DNA of 57,684 nucleotides from Candidatus Doudnabacteria bacterium (GTDB taxonomy: Bacteria; Patescibacteriota; Doudnabacteria; UBA920), in NCBI GenBank assembly GCA_038230955.1, contig JBBRMG010000003.1, forward strand, positions 1 through 57,684. The letters run 5' to 3'. Shown here one piece after another: positions 19,552 through 30,500 of the stretch; positions within the stretch are counted from its first letter, which is position 1, and every line of letters begins with the position of its first letter. The notes under the pieces are model-generated. The model searched no databases. It worked only from the letters and a program-made list of their open reading frames with translations, and was not told where the DNA came from. The translations under genes and the position numbers were made by a program.

Positions 19552-19946
19552 TGAAATTTTCTACGCAGCAATACGTCGAAGCTTTGCATCAAACTTTTCA
19601 CGAAACGAAGTCTTCTGACCATAGTAAAATAATTGCTAACTTTATTGAGGTCCTTAAAAGCAATGGAGACCTTCAGTACTATGAGAAAATTATTAACGCT
19701 TACGAAGACTACGATCGAAAACAGCGGGGGGTAAGACAAGTGGAACTGACTACCGCCCAAGAAATGAAGCCCGGCGCAAATATTGTTACTGAACTTAACG
19801 ACCTTGTTGGGAAAGACATAGAGCTAAAGCAAAAGGTAGACGCGAGTCTCATTGGCGGACTAATGCTCAAAGTCGAGGACACTCTCATAGATGGCAGTGT
19901 CAAGCGCCAACTTTCCAACCTAAAAGATTCCCTCCAAGACTCCTAA
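19551..19946 (+). CDS. atpH: ATP synthase subunit delta (short form)
   Basis: C-terminal VDASLIGGLMLKVEDTLIDGSVKRQL; operon position. Confidence 0.9.
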   Translation: MKFSTQQYVEALHQTFHETKSSDHSKIIANFIEVLKSNGDLQYYEKIINAYEDYDRKQRGVRQVELTTAQEMKPGANIVTELNDLVGKDIELKQKVDASLIGGLMLKVEDTLIDGSVKRQLSNLKDSLQDS

Positions 19947-19959
19947 TTAATACACGTAT

Positions 19960-21462
19960 ATGATCCAAGCAGACCCAATTATCAAACAACTCAAAGACCA
20001 GATTTCCAAATTTACCGCCGATGTGACAGTCGAGCAGGTAGGCACGGTAATTGAAATTGGCGACGGGGTAGCTCGCATCGCCGGCCTTACCCAAGTCGCT
20101 AGTATGGAAATGCTCGACTTTGGCAATGACACCGTTGGTGTGGCCCTAAACCTAGAAGAAAACACTGTCGGTTCTATTATTCTAGGTGACTACGAACACA
20201 TTAAGCAGGGCGACACTGTCCGCTCCACCGGCCGGATTTTATCTGTACCCGTCGGTGACGCCTTAATTGGCCGCGTGGTCAGTGCATTAGGTGTGCCAAA
20301 AGACGGCAAAGGGCCTATTAAGCAAGCGGCGTTCTATCCGATTGAAAAAATTGCTCCCGGCGTTATTACCCGTCAGTCCGTAAAACAACCCATGATGACC
20401 GGCATTAAAGCCATTGATGTTCTTATTCCAATTGGTCGCGGCCAGCGTGAATTGATTATTGGAGACCGCCAAACTGGTAAAACCGCTGTGGCTATTGACG
20501 CTATCATCAACCAAAAAGGGCAAGACATGATTTGTGTATACGTTGCCATTGGTCAAAAGGAAAGTAAGGTTGCAAAAATTGTGGCTGAACTGGAAGCCCA
20601 TGGGGCGCTTGAATACACAATTGTCGTTTCTGCCGGTGCTAGTGAGCCAGCGTCTCTGTCATACATTGCTCCTTACTCCGGCTGTGCTATGGCCGAGTAC
20701 TTCATGGATCAAGGCAAAGATGTACTGATTGTTTATGATGATTTATCCAAGCAAGCTGTGGCATATCGCGAAATTTCCTTAATTCTGCGTCGTCCTCCAG
20801 GACGCGAAGCTTACCCAGGTGATGTGTTCTATCTTCACTCTAGGTTACTCGAACGCGCCGCTAAACTTAACCCCGACTTCGGCGGCGGTAGCATTACCGC
20901 GTTGCCAATTATTGAAACCCAAGCTAACGACGTTTCTGCTTATATTCCAACCAATGTTATTTCTATTACAGACGGGCAGATTTTCCTGGAAAGCGATTTG
21001 TTCTTTAAAGGTGTGCGTCCAGCTTTAAATGTTGGTATTTCTGTATCTCGTGTCGGTTCCGCCGCTCAAACTAAAGCCATGAAAAAAGTGGCCGGCAAAT
21101 TAAAGCTCGATTTGGCTCAGTTCCGTGAAATGGAAGCGTTTGCTCAGTTCGGTTCTGATTTAGATGAATCTACTCAGCGCCAATTGGAACTAGGACGCCG
21201 CTTAACTGAACTATTGAAACAGCCGCAGTACGGACCAGTAGCCATGGAAAAACAAGTGGCCATACTTTACGCCGTTAATAACGGCTACTTGAATGATGTT
21301 TCAGTAGAGCGGGTTAGCGAGTTTGAAACCAAGTTTTATGACTTCATGGATACATCGGGCAAAGATGTGTTGTCCGCTATCGCTACAACGAAAGAATTAT
21401 CGGAAGATATTGAAGCTAACTTGAAAAGAGCGATTGAACAATTTAAACAAAGCTGGAGTTAA
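19960..21462 (+). CDS. atpA: ATP synthase subunit alpha
   Basis: [32 protein letters not shown]. Confidence 0.99.
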   Translation: MIQADPIIKQLKDQISKFTADVTVEQVGTVIEIGDGVARIAGLTQVASMEMLDFGNDTVGVALNLEENTVGSIILGDYEHIKQGDTVRSTGRILSVPVGDALIGRVVSALGVPKDGKGPIKQAAFYPIEKIAPGVITRQSVKQPMMTGIKAIDVLIPIGRGQRELIIGDRQTGKTAVAIDAIINQKGQDMICVYVAIGQKESKVAKIVAELEAHGALEYTIVVSAGASEPASLSYIAPYSGCAMAEYFMDQGKDVLIVYDDLSKQAVAYREISLILRRPPGREAYPGDVFYLHSRLLERAAKLNPDFGGGSITALPIIETQANDVSAYIPTNVISITDGQIFLESDLFFKGVRPALNVGISVSRVGSAAQTKAMKKVAGKLKLDLAQFREMEAFAQFGSDLDESTQRQLELGRRLTELLKQPQYGPVAMEKQVAILYAVNNGYLNDVSVERVSEFETKFYDFMDTSGKDVLSAIATTKELSEDIEANLKRAIEQFKQSWS

Positions 21463-21472
21463 AACTTAAACC

Positions 21473-22354
21473 ATGCCCGGAACCCAAGAATTAACCAGAC
21501 GAATAACCTCAGTCAAAAGCACGCGCAAAGTGACGCGAGCTATGCAAATGGTATCCGCCGCCAAAATGCGCAAAAGTCAAAGTGCGACCATGTCTAGCCG
21601 GACTTATGCTCAATTGGCTTGGGAACTTATCCGGTCCCTGGGAGTGGATGGCGACACTGACATGCCTTTACTCCAATCATATCCTGAGGCGGCCAAAATT
21701 GGCATAGTGGTTGTCTCATCCAATCGTGGGCTTGTGGGAAGCTTTAACCAGAATCTCATTAACAAAGCACGAGAAGTAGAAACTGAAAACCCTGGGGCCA
21801 CAATAGAGTTTGTAGTTATTGGACGAAAAGCCAAGGACTCTACCGCCCGCCTGAAGAAAACAATACTGGCAGAATTCCCCAAGCAAGATAGCGTAATTCC
21901 GGTCGAACAAGTTTACCCTTTAGCAAAACTGTTATCAACAGCCTACTCGACAGGGGAGTATAAAAAGATTGTCGTTATTTATAATCACTTTGTTTCCACT
22001 TTAGTCCAGACGCCGACTGTAAAACAATTATTTCCGTTAATCAATAACACGGAGCAGGGCCAAACAACTGGAGCTGAAACTAGCCAGACTAGAGAAGACA
22101 CTCTGTATGAGCCCTCACCCCATGAAGTTCTTAACCACTTAATTCCGCGGATTATTGAGAGTCAGCTATATCAATCTATTTTAGAAAGTGATGCCTCAGA
22201 ACATTCCGCCCGCATGGTCATGATGAAGAACGCGACCGAAGCAGCAGGGGATTTAATAGATGACCTCACTCTGACCTTTAACCAGTTACGCCAGAACAAA
22301 ATTACAACAGAGCTTTCAGAAATTACAGCAGGTAGAATAGCCCTAGAGAAATAA
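21473..22354 (+). CDS. atpG: ATP synthase subunit gamma
   Basis: KVTRAMQMVSAAK, SEHSARM, NQLRQNKITTELSEI. Confidence 0.98.
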   Translation: MPGTQELTRRITSVKSTRKVTRAMQMVSAAKMRKSQSATMSSRTYAQLAWELIRSLGVDGDTDMPLLQSYPEAAKIGIVVVSSNRGLVGSFNQNLINKAREVETENPGATIEFVVIGRKAKDSTARLKKTILAEFPKQDSVIPVEQVYPLAKLLSTAYSTGEYKKIVVIYNHFVSTLVQTPTVKQLFPLINNTEQGQTTGAETSQTREDTLYEPSPHEVLNHLIPRIIESQLYQSILESDASEHSARMVMMKNATEAAGDLIDDLTLTFNQLRQNKITTELSEITAGRIALEK

Positions 22355-22370
22355 TTTACGAAATAATTAA

Positions 22371-23770
<1,400 letters not shown>

Positions 23771-23771
<1 letters not shown>

Positions 23772-24226
23772 TGACAAAGCTCCAAGTACAACTTGTTACG
23801 CCGGAACGGACAGTTCTCAGTACAGAACTAGACAGTTTATCGTGCCCAACAACTACAGGACAAATTACTATCCTGCCGGGCCATCTTCCATTAGTCTCAA
23901 ACTTAGCAGTAGGGGAGTTAATCGCCAAGAACCAAGGGGAAGAACATAACATTCACGTCGCCGGCGGATTTGTGCAAATACAACCAGATAACAAAATTAT
24001 TATTTTGGCTGATGCTGCCGAACATTTTTATGAAATTGATGAGCAGCAAGTAGAAGCAGCGATAAAACGTGCCAAAGAAACTATGGCCCAGGCATCGCTA
24101 GCAGATGAAGAGTATGCTATGGCAGCAATGAGTTTGGAACGTAGCCTCAGTCGTTTACATATTGCCCGCAAGCATGCACATCGTCGAACATCTGCCATTA
24201 CCGGTCAGGGAGTATTGCAACAATAA
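23771..24226 (+). CDS. atpC: ATP synthase subunit epsilon
   Basis: LVTPER, GQITILPGH, GGF motifs. Confidence 0.95.
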
Positions 24227-24232
24227 GTTTAA

Positions 24233-24922
24233 ATGAAAATAAAATACAATCCAATTAGTCCATTAGAAAAACTTGGTGCCAAAGTTTACTTAGCACTGAC
24301 TGAAAAGTATCCCCAAACTTTTTATGTAGGCGGTATGGTCCGAGACCTCTTGCTCGCTAGACCAGTTGTCGATATTGACATGACAACAGCTGCTCGCCCC
24401 GAAGAAATTGTCCGTCTGCTAGAACAAGCAGAGATTAGTTACGATGCGGAATACGCCCGCTTTGGCGTAATAGCAGCTTACAAAGACGCCAGTAAAATTG
24501 AAATCACCACTCTCAGAGAAGACCTCCCAAGCACGGATAGATACGCAGATGTTAGATTTATTACAGATCCGGAAACAGACAGCCGGCGGCGAGATTTTAC
24601 TCTAAACTCGCTCTACTTAAATGGCGCCAGCGGAGAAGTACTTGATTTCCATAACGGGTTAGGGGATATTGAACATAAACTTATTCGGGCTGTAGGAAAC
24701 CCTGTCATACGATTTACCGAAGATCCGTTACGAATGATTCGCGCCATGCGATTTGCATCTCTGCTAAATTTTACAATTGAACCTACGACAAATGAAGCAA
24801 TACAAAAATGTGCACATTTAATTACTGCGCTCACTGAATCGAAAATAAAAAAAGAAATAAACAAAATTTCAGACACGCAAACACGAAAACAATTACAAAA
24901 ACTTATCAACAGTTTAGCTTGA
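24233..24922 (+). CDS. Class II tRNA nucleotidyltransferase (CCA-adding family), unusually short
   Basis: YVGGMVRDLLL, DID, EITT, RRRDFTLN, EDPLRMIRAMRF; 229 aa. Confidence 0.85.
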   Translation: MKIKYNPISPLEKLGAKVYLALTEKYPQTFYVGGMVRDLLLARPVVDIDMTTAARPEEIVRLLEQAEISYDAEYARFGVIAAYKDASKIEITTLREDLPSTDRYADVRFITDPETDSRRRDFTLNSLYLNGASGEVLDFHNGLGDIEHKLIRAVGNPVIRFTEDPLRMIRAMRFASLLNFTIEPTTNEAIQKCAHLITALTESKIKKEINKISDTQTRKQLQKLINSLA

Positions 24923-24948
24923 CAGTGTGTTTACAAATATCTTATACT
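24919..24948 (+). promoter_or_regulatory. sigma70-type promoter for the small basic protein gene
   Basis: TTGACA (24919-24924), 18 bp, TATACT (24943-24948). Confidence 0.65.
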
Positions 24949-25114
24949 TTATGTAGTTCATTTTAGATACAACGCGCTCTACAAAGAAACGAAAAATCAA
25001 CTAGAAAAACAGAACGCACTTAAATTCTTATCTACTAACTCGTGACATTAGTTGCGAGGGTAGAAAATTAAGAAGCACATCAAAATTCAATGTGCTTCAG
25101 GGAGACTAGCCACA

Positions 25115-25267
25115 ATGGCAGCAAAAAAGAAAGCCGCTAAAAAGCGCACAGTTCGCCGAGCAGCCCCTAAGAAGGCCGCTAAAAAGCGCACAGTTCGCAA
25201 AGCAGCCCCTAAGAAGGCCGCTAAAAAGCGCCCAGCAAAAAAGGCCGCTAAAAAGCGTCGCCGTTAA
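25115..25267 (+). CDS. 50-aa Lys/Ala/Arg-rich histone-H1-like (Hc2/protamine-like) protein; not in the ORF track
   Basis: MAAKKKAAKKRTVRRAAPKKAAKKRTVRKAAPKKAAKKRPAKKAAKKRRR; GGAGA upstream; flanked by a promoter and a terminator; near-identical 42-bp tandem units. Confidence 0.8.
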   Translation: MAAKKKAAKKRTVRRAAPKKAAKKRTVRKAAPKKAAKKRPAKKAAKKRRR

Positions 25268-25294
25268 GCTAGAACTTTTAGTTCAAGCGACATG

Positions 25295-25324
25295 ACCACC
25301 TCAAAATAGAGGTGGTTTTGTTTT
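25295..25324 (+). terminator. Intrinsic terminator
   Basis: ACCACCTC-AAAATA-GAGGTGGT followed by TTTGTTTT. Confidence 0.8.
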
Positions 25325-25389
25325 AGTGTAAAAAATAGCGGTGCTCACATTATAAATGCAAGCACCGCAGCAAATACTAACTGTTTATT

Positions 25390-25905
25390 TTATATTGAAC
25401 ACGTGATCCAAACTTTTTGTGCCAGTTCCTTAAGAGGAACTAAGGCATCGCCAATGATTGGTTTCTGTCCCCATGGCTGAATTTCCACAACATACTTATT
25501 TTGATAGAACAAGCACATGAAAAACTCATCATCCAGTCCGACAAGAATCGCTTCATCAAAATCATTAACTCCAAGGAAATATGATGTGCAGATTGTGTCA
25601 TTATTTAACAACTTCACAAGTCTGTACTTTTCCATTTCGGGAAACAGTTTTTTTGCCTGGTTGATAACCCAGCGGTCATCTGTCTTGCTAACGATGTTCG
25701 ATTTTTGCGACCATAGTCTCCTGACAACTTCATCCAGAAATTCCCGATCGGTCATTGTTTTATCGCCGGCAATTGGGTAATTCACTGGTTTATCACTAAC
25801 GACTGGGCGTTTTCTCACAGACAGAATTACAACCGCAACATAAACGACAAAAGCTACGACCCAAACTAATACATACGGGGCATAAGCACCTTCAAAAAAT
25901 CTCAT
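25390..25905 (-). CDS. Hypothetical protein with an N-terminal TM helix
   Basis: 171-aa ORF, TM segment YVLVWVVAFVVYVAVVIL, GAGGTG SD upstream, GCGGTGCT/AGCACCGC hairpin downstream at 25338-25368. Confidence 0.7.
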   Translation of the reverse strand: MRFFEGAYAPYVLVWVVAFVVYVAVVILSVRKRPVVSDKPVNYPIAGDKTMTDREFLDEVVRRLWSQKSNIVSKTDDRWVINQAKKLFPEMEKYRLVKLLNNDTICTSYFLGVNDFDEAILVGLDDEFFMCLFYQNKYVVEIQPWGQKPIIGDALVPLKELAQKVWITCSI

Positions 25906-26037
25906 GTCATTTCACCTCTTTTGATAGATTTATATTCTATAATACTAGTTTAGGGTGGGGGGTGTCAATCGACCCGAAGGACTTGATTTTTATGCCAAAG
26001 TTTGGTATATTTACGAAGTCAATTTTTTTGACCTCGT

Positions 26038-26458
26038 CGCGGGGTAGAGCAACTGGCAGCTCGCAAGGCTCAATCTCGAGTAAGTTCTTTTTATGAATAT
26101 CGTCAAAAGTATTCATAGCGTTCGGTAGCACATTGTCTTTGGTCGAATCTGACAAACGTCAGAGGAAGCCGAAGTCTGCTAACTACCGAGAAGCGTTTGA
26201 ACTTATCTCACAATGGGCTGCGCCAGGGGTAACCTTGGTGTGAATTCTATCAAATTCGGGGAAACCTCCAGCAGTGGTAATCCCGAGCCAAGCTCCAAAT
26301 TTGGAGAAGGTGTAGAGACTTAATGGTAGACACCCTAACGCATTTTGCAAGGGTGAAGAGAAAGTCCAGACCACAAATTCGTATATAACGAAGCAGTTAA
26401 AGCTGTAGTGGTATGCATAACCTTGAGGTTCCGGGTTCGAATCCCGGCCCCGCAACCA
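26038..26458 (+). tRNA. Initiator tRNA-fMet(CAT), interrupted by a group I intron
   Basis: Exon 1 26038-26070 (CGCGGGG...CAAGGCT, exactly 33 nt). Exon 2 26416-26458 (CATAACCTTG...CCCCGCAACCA). C1:A72 mismatch typical of initiator tRNA; the joined anticodon arm is CAAGG-CTCATAA-CCTTG. Confidence 0.93.
26071..26415 (+). mobile_element. Group I intron (IC3-like), 345 nt, no ORF
   Basis: Inserted after U33 and ends in G. Core elements: P AAATTCGGGGAAAC (26252), Q AATCCCGAGC (26279), R GTAGAGACTTAATGG (26312), S AAGAGAAAGTCC (26356). IGS TGGGCT (26214-26219) gives the U33-G wobble. Confidence 0.92.
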
Positions 26459-26518
26459 AGCTAGTGCTGATTTAATTTTAGTGATAACAAATAAGCACTG
26501 ACTCGGTTAATGTGACGA

Positions 26519-26595
26519 GCCGGCGTAGCTCAGTTGGTTAGAGCGGAGGACTCATAAGCCTCAGGTCGTTGGTTCAATTCCAACCGCCGGTACCA
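26519..26595 (+). tRNA. tRNA with CAT anticodon (elongator Met or Ile2)
   Basis: GCCGGCG/CGCCGGT acceptor, loop CTCATAA, GGTTCAATTCC, ACCA end. Identity cannot be resolved by eye. Confidence 0.9.
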
Positions 26596-26632
26596 AATGT
26601 TGGAATAAGAATATACTAGCTCTTTAAAAAAT

Positions 26633-27283
26633 ATGCCTATTCACAAAACAGTAAATTCTTCATTCTTTCTAACATGGAGCAAGCCGATGGCTTATGTTTT
26701 AGGTTATTTTGCTGCCGATGGGTGCATGTTGAAAAACAAAAGAGGAGCCCACTTTATAGAGTTTACTTCTATAGACATAGAGCTTTTGCTTTCAATACAA
26801 AATGCAATCGGGTCAAACCATAGTATTTCTGTTAGAAATCGATTTACTTTTAACCAAAATATTGCTTATCGCTTGCAAATAGGAAGCAAGCAAATATTTA
26901 ACGACTTAAGCAACTTAGGCTTCACGTCAGCAAAAAGCAATTCCTTACAATTCCCTTCAGTGCCGATGCCCTATTTTAGTCATTTTACTAGAGGTTATTT
27001 TGATGGCGATGGACATGTATCAATTATCAAACGCTTGAATCGACCATCGAGTGTAATACAGTCTGGTTTCACTTCCGGCAGTCAAAAGTTTCTTACTCAA
27101 TTGCACACGGACTTAAAAAAATATGCTAGAATCAAGGGTGGTTCGTTCTGTTACCGTAAAGGTTACAGATTGAATTTCTCTATAAAAGATTCACTCCTAT
27201 TGTATAAATACATCTATAAAGATAGTGACAATTTATTTCTTGCGAGAAAACGTTTAGCATTCGAAAGATACTACAACGTTTAA
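26633..27283 (+). CDS. Free-standing double-motif LAGLIDADG homing-endonuclease-like protein
   Basis: Motif 1 YVLGYFAADG, motif 2 FTRGYFDGDG; basic; ends 7 bp before tRNA-Asp. Confidence 0.88.
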   Translation: MPIHKTVNSSFFLTWSKPMAYVLGYFAADGCMLKNKRGAHFIEFTSIDIELLLSIQNAIGSNHSISVRNRFTFNQNIAYRLQIGSKQIFNDLSNLGFTSAKSNSLQFPSVPMPYFSHFTRGYFDGDGHVSIIKRLNRPSSVIQSGFTSGSQKFLTQLHTDLKKYARIKGGSFCYRKGYRLNFSIKDSLLLYKYIYKDSDNLFLARKRLAFERYYNV

Positions 27284-27290
27284 TGCACAT

Positions 27291-27367
27291 GGACTGGTAG
27301 CTCAGTTGGTTAGAGCATCCGCTTGTCACGCGGAAGGTCGCGGGTTCGAGTCCCGTTCAGTCCGCCA
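27291..27367 (+). tRNA. tRNA-Asp(GTC)
   Basis: GGACTGG/TCAGTCC acceptor, TCCGC-TTGTCAC-GCGGA anticodon arm, GCCA end. Confidence 0.96.
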
Positions 27368-27375
27368 AACAAATT

Positions 27376-27403
27376 CACCTCATTTCATGGGGTGTTTTTG
27401 TTT
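27376..27403 (+). terminator. Intrinsic terminator of the tRNA operon
   Basis: CACCTCAT-TTC-ATGGGGTG followed by TTTTTGTTT. Confidence 0.75.
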
Positions 27404-27518
27404 GAGGATAGAGGATGAGTTTTAGGCCTAGCTAGAGAAATGCAGTGCTGAATGGGACGGGGCAAATGTGGTAAAATATAAAAGATAGGATTTTTGCCTC
27501 CCATGAGTATTTATTAAA

Positions 27519-30500
27519 ATGCCAGAAAAATTCAAACCGACACCTGAGGAGCTAGGAATAAAGGAAAATCTCGCCGAAAACGAGAAGTCTTTTGATGTTG
27601 TGGAATTAAATACAGAAACAAGTATTGAAGTAAGTAAGAAAGATAAAAAACCCATTGGTTACTGGACGGATGTTTCAGAGGAAGAATTAATTAAAGAAAT
27701 AGAATCCCGAGGCTTAGATCCAAAGAATTTGCCTAGTACGTCAATCTTAAACGAAGTTAACTCTAGCCTAGTTGGGGGTCTTAATAAGAGATACGGTAGT
27801 CTGACCAAAGCAAGAAAAGCTTTAGGAGGAAAAGTTATAAAGCTTGAACCAGGTTATTGGAAGAACATGTCCGAAGAGGAACTTATCGATGAAATGAAAT
27901 CTCGCGGTCTAGATCCGAAAAATTTACCCTCGCAAGCTGAGATGAATGTGCATAATGGAGATTTACTCGGAGGTCTCACGAAACGTTATGGCACTGTTAA
28001 TAAAGCAAGGTTGGCCCTGGGTAGTGAGATTATTCAAAGGGCACGAGGTTATTGGAATAACCTCTCGGAGGAGGGTATGATTCAGGAAATTAAATCACGG
28101 GGTTTAGATCCTAAAGATTTACCCAAAACAAGCATTCTTGAAGAAAATTATTCCGACTTACTTAGTGGCCTAATAATACGCTTTGGTAAGTTGAACGATG
28201 CTCGTGAAGCTTTAGGAGGTCGGATCATTAATAAAGCCCCAGGTTATTGGAAGAATATGTCCGAAGAAGACCTTATAGCAGACATTAAAGCTAGAGGTTT
28301 GGATACTAAAAATTTGCCACTTTGGCCTGAATTAGCAAAAGACCACCCAGATTTAGCCTATGGGCTATCAAGTAAGTTTGGCGGAATGACTAACGCCAGA
28401 GAGAAACTAGGTGGAATACTCAAGATAAAGCCTAAAGGTTATTGGCAAAATATTTCTTTAGAAGATTTGGTTCAAGAAATACAGTCACGGGGACTTGACC
28501 CCAAAGATTTACCTTCAGGAGATACTCTCCGAAATGATAACCCCGATTTAATGGGTGGTTTACAAAGTCGCTTTGGAAGTTTTAATAGGGCTCGTGAAGC
28601 TCTTGGAAGTGAAATTACTCAAAGATCACAAGGTTATTGGAAGAATCTTTCCGAAGAAGACCTTATAACATACATTAAATCTAGAGGTCTTGATCCTAAG
28701 AATCTCCCGACTTATTTAGACTTAAAAAACCATAAAGGTTTGCTTCAAGGATTACAAAAACGATTTGGTAGCTTGCAGGAGGCTCGTATAAAGCTAGGTG
28801 GCGAACCTTTGCTATGGCTACCAGGTCATTGGAGGAATATCTCTATAGAGGATCTCAAGGCCCATATTAAAAAGAAAGGATTTGATCCTGAAAATTTACC
28901 AAGTAATTTAGCGAAAGAAAACCCAGCTCTTACTCATATTTTAAGAACTCGATTCGGAGATATGGCCTCTGCAAGAATAGAATTAGGGGGAGAAAAAGTA
29001 AAAAGACCGCGCGGTTATTGGAAAAATCTGTCAATCGAAAATCTTATACAGGAAATCGAATCGCGTGGCTTAGACCCAAAAAATTTGCCAGGCACTCATG
29101 AATTAGATTCAGATTTAGCAGTAGGGCTAGCGCAACGCTATGGGAGTTTTACCGAGGCTAGGACAGCCGTGGGTGGCGAAGTATTAAAAAGGCGTGGAGG
29201 ATACTGGAAATCTATTAACGAAGAAAAATTAAAGCTAGAGATATTAGAAAGGGGCTTAGATCCACATAACCTCCCTTCTTATAAAATACTTCGAGATACT
29301 CACTCCGATTTAGTGGCTGGGCTTACCCAGCGTTATGGTAGTTTTCCTCGTGCCAGAGAAATGCTTGGTGGGAGGAAATTGAAGAATGAAGCAGGTTATT
29401 GGAACAATATTTCTGAAGAGGAACTGGAAAAAGAAATTCGAGGGCGTGGTTTGGACCCTAAAAATCTTCCAGCCACAGAAGAATTTCAGATTAAGCACTC
29501 CGGATTACTAGCAGGGCTTAGGCAACGGTTTGGTACTCTAAATGAAGCAAGGGAAGCGCTAGGAGGAGTGGTCTCCGCAACATATTCTAAAAATCGTGTC
29601 GATAGGATCATGGGGCATTTGCAGGAGAAAGTAGTAGAAGTAGCTAAAGGCGAAACTGTTGAAGCTAAAGAAATTCAAGATCTGATTAATATCTTTGGTA
29701 ATGCAAATTGTCTTGATATATTATATAAATTTCATCCCGAATATCACAAATTACCAACAGGCAGAGTAAAAAGCATACTGGCAGATTATTTAGGAGAATT
29801 TTTATCAAGTTCAATTCCACTAAATTTGGAAAGTATACCTAATAGGGGTTTGGAATTACTTGAGAATCATACTTTTCAAGATAGCTTGATTGAAATAATC
29901 AAGAATGATGCGTTAAGTTCTTTTAATAAAAAGAAAAAAACTGATTTTTCGGCGAGTCCTCAATTAATAATGACTGAGTATTTAGATAATCTTAGAAACA
30001 TAGGCATTAAATATAATAATACGGATCTATCCTCGGTAATTCAGACAGTAGAGTCATATTATGATTCTCTCTACGAATTAAGCAAGCCAGAAAATATTGT
30101 GGATTTCGTTGATCAAGGGAGGCGATTTCCTGAATTTTATCAGCAAATCAATATTAAAGAAATCGCTGACAAAAAGAAAATTTTGTTGGCAGATGAAATG
30201 GGTGTGGGGAAAAGTGCTTCAGCGATATTAGCTAAAGAGTATATGAATGTTAGGCAAGCCCTAATTGTTGCGCCTAATAATGTGATAGAAACTTGGCGCA
30301 ACTATTTATTAGACAAGATTGGCGAAGATGGAAAGCAAATAGGATATTTTAAAGAAGGCAATGCCCCTAAGGTTTTAATTGTAAACAATTTGAATAGCTT
30401 AGAAGATAAAGATCGGAACGATTATGAGTATATTCTAATTTCTCAGGAAAAATTAAATAAAAAATACACTCAAAAATTGAGTTCGCTAGATTATGAAATG

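Noticed and set aside
26183-26455. 90-aa and 72-aa minus-strand ORFs (26183-26455, 25937-26155) as intron-encoded proteins
   Set aside because: They are antisense to the tRNA exons and intron core and contain no endonuclease motif.
27657-29580. CRISPR array or non-coding repeat
   Set aside because: The units are ~190-bp degenerate in-frame coding repeats with no identical repeat-spacer pattern; no cas genes are present.
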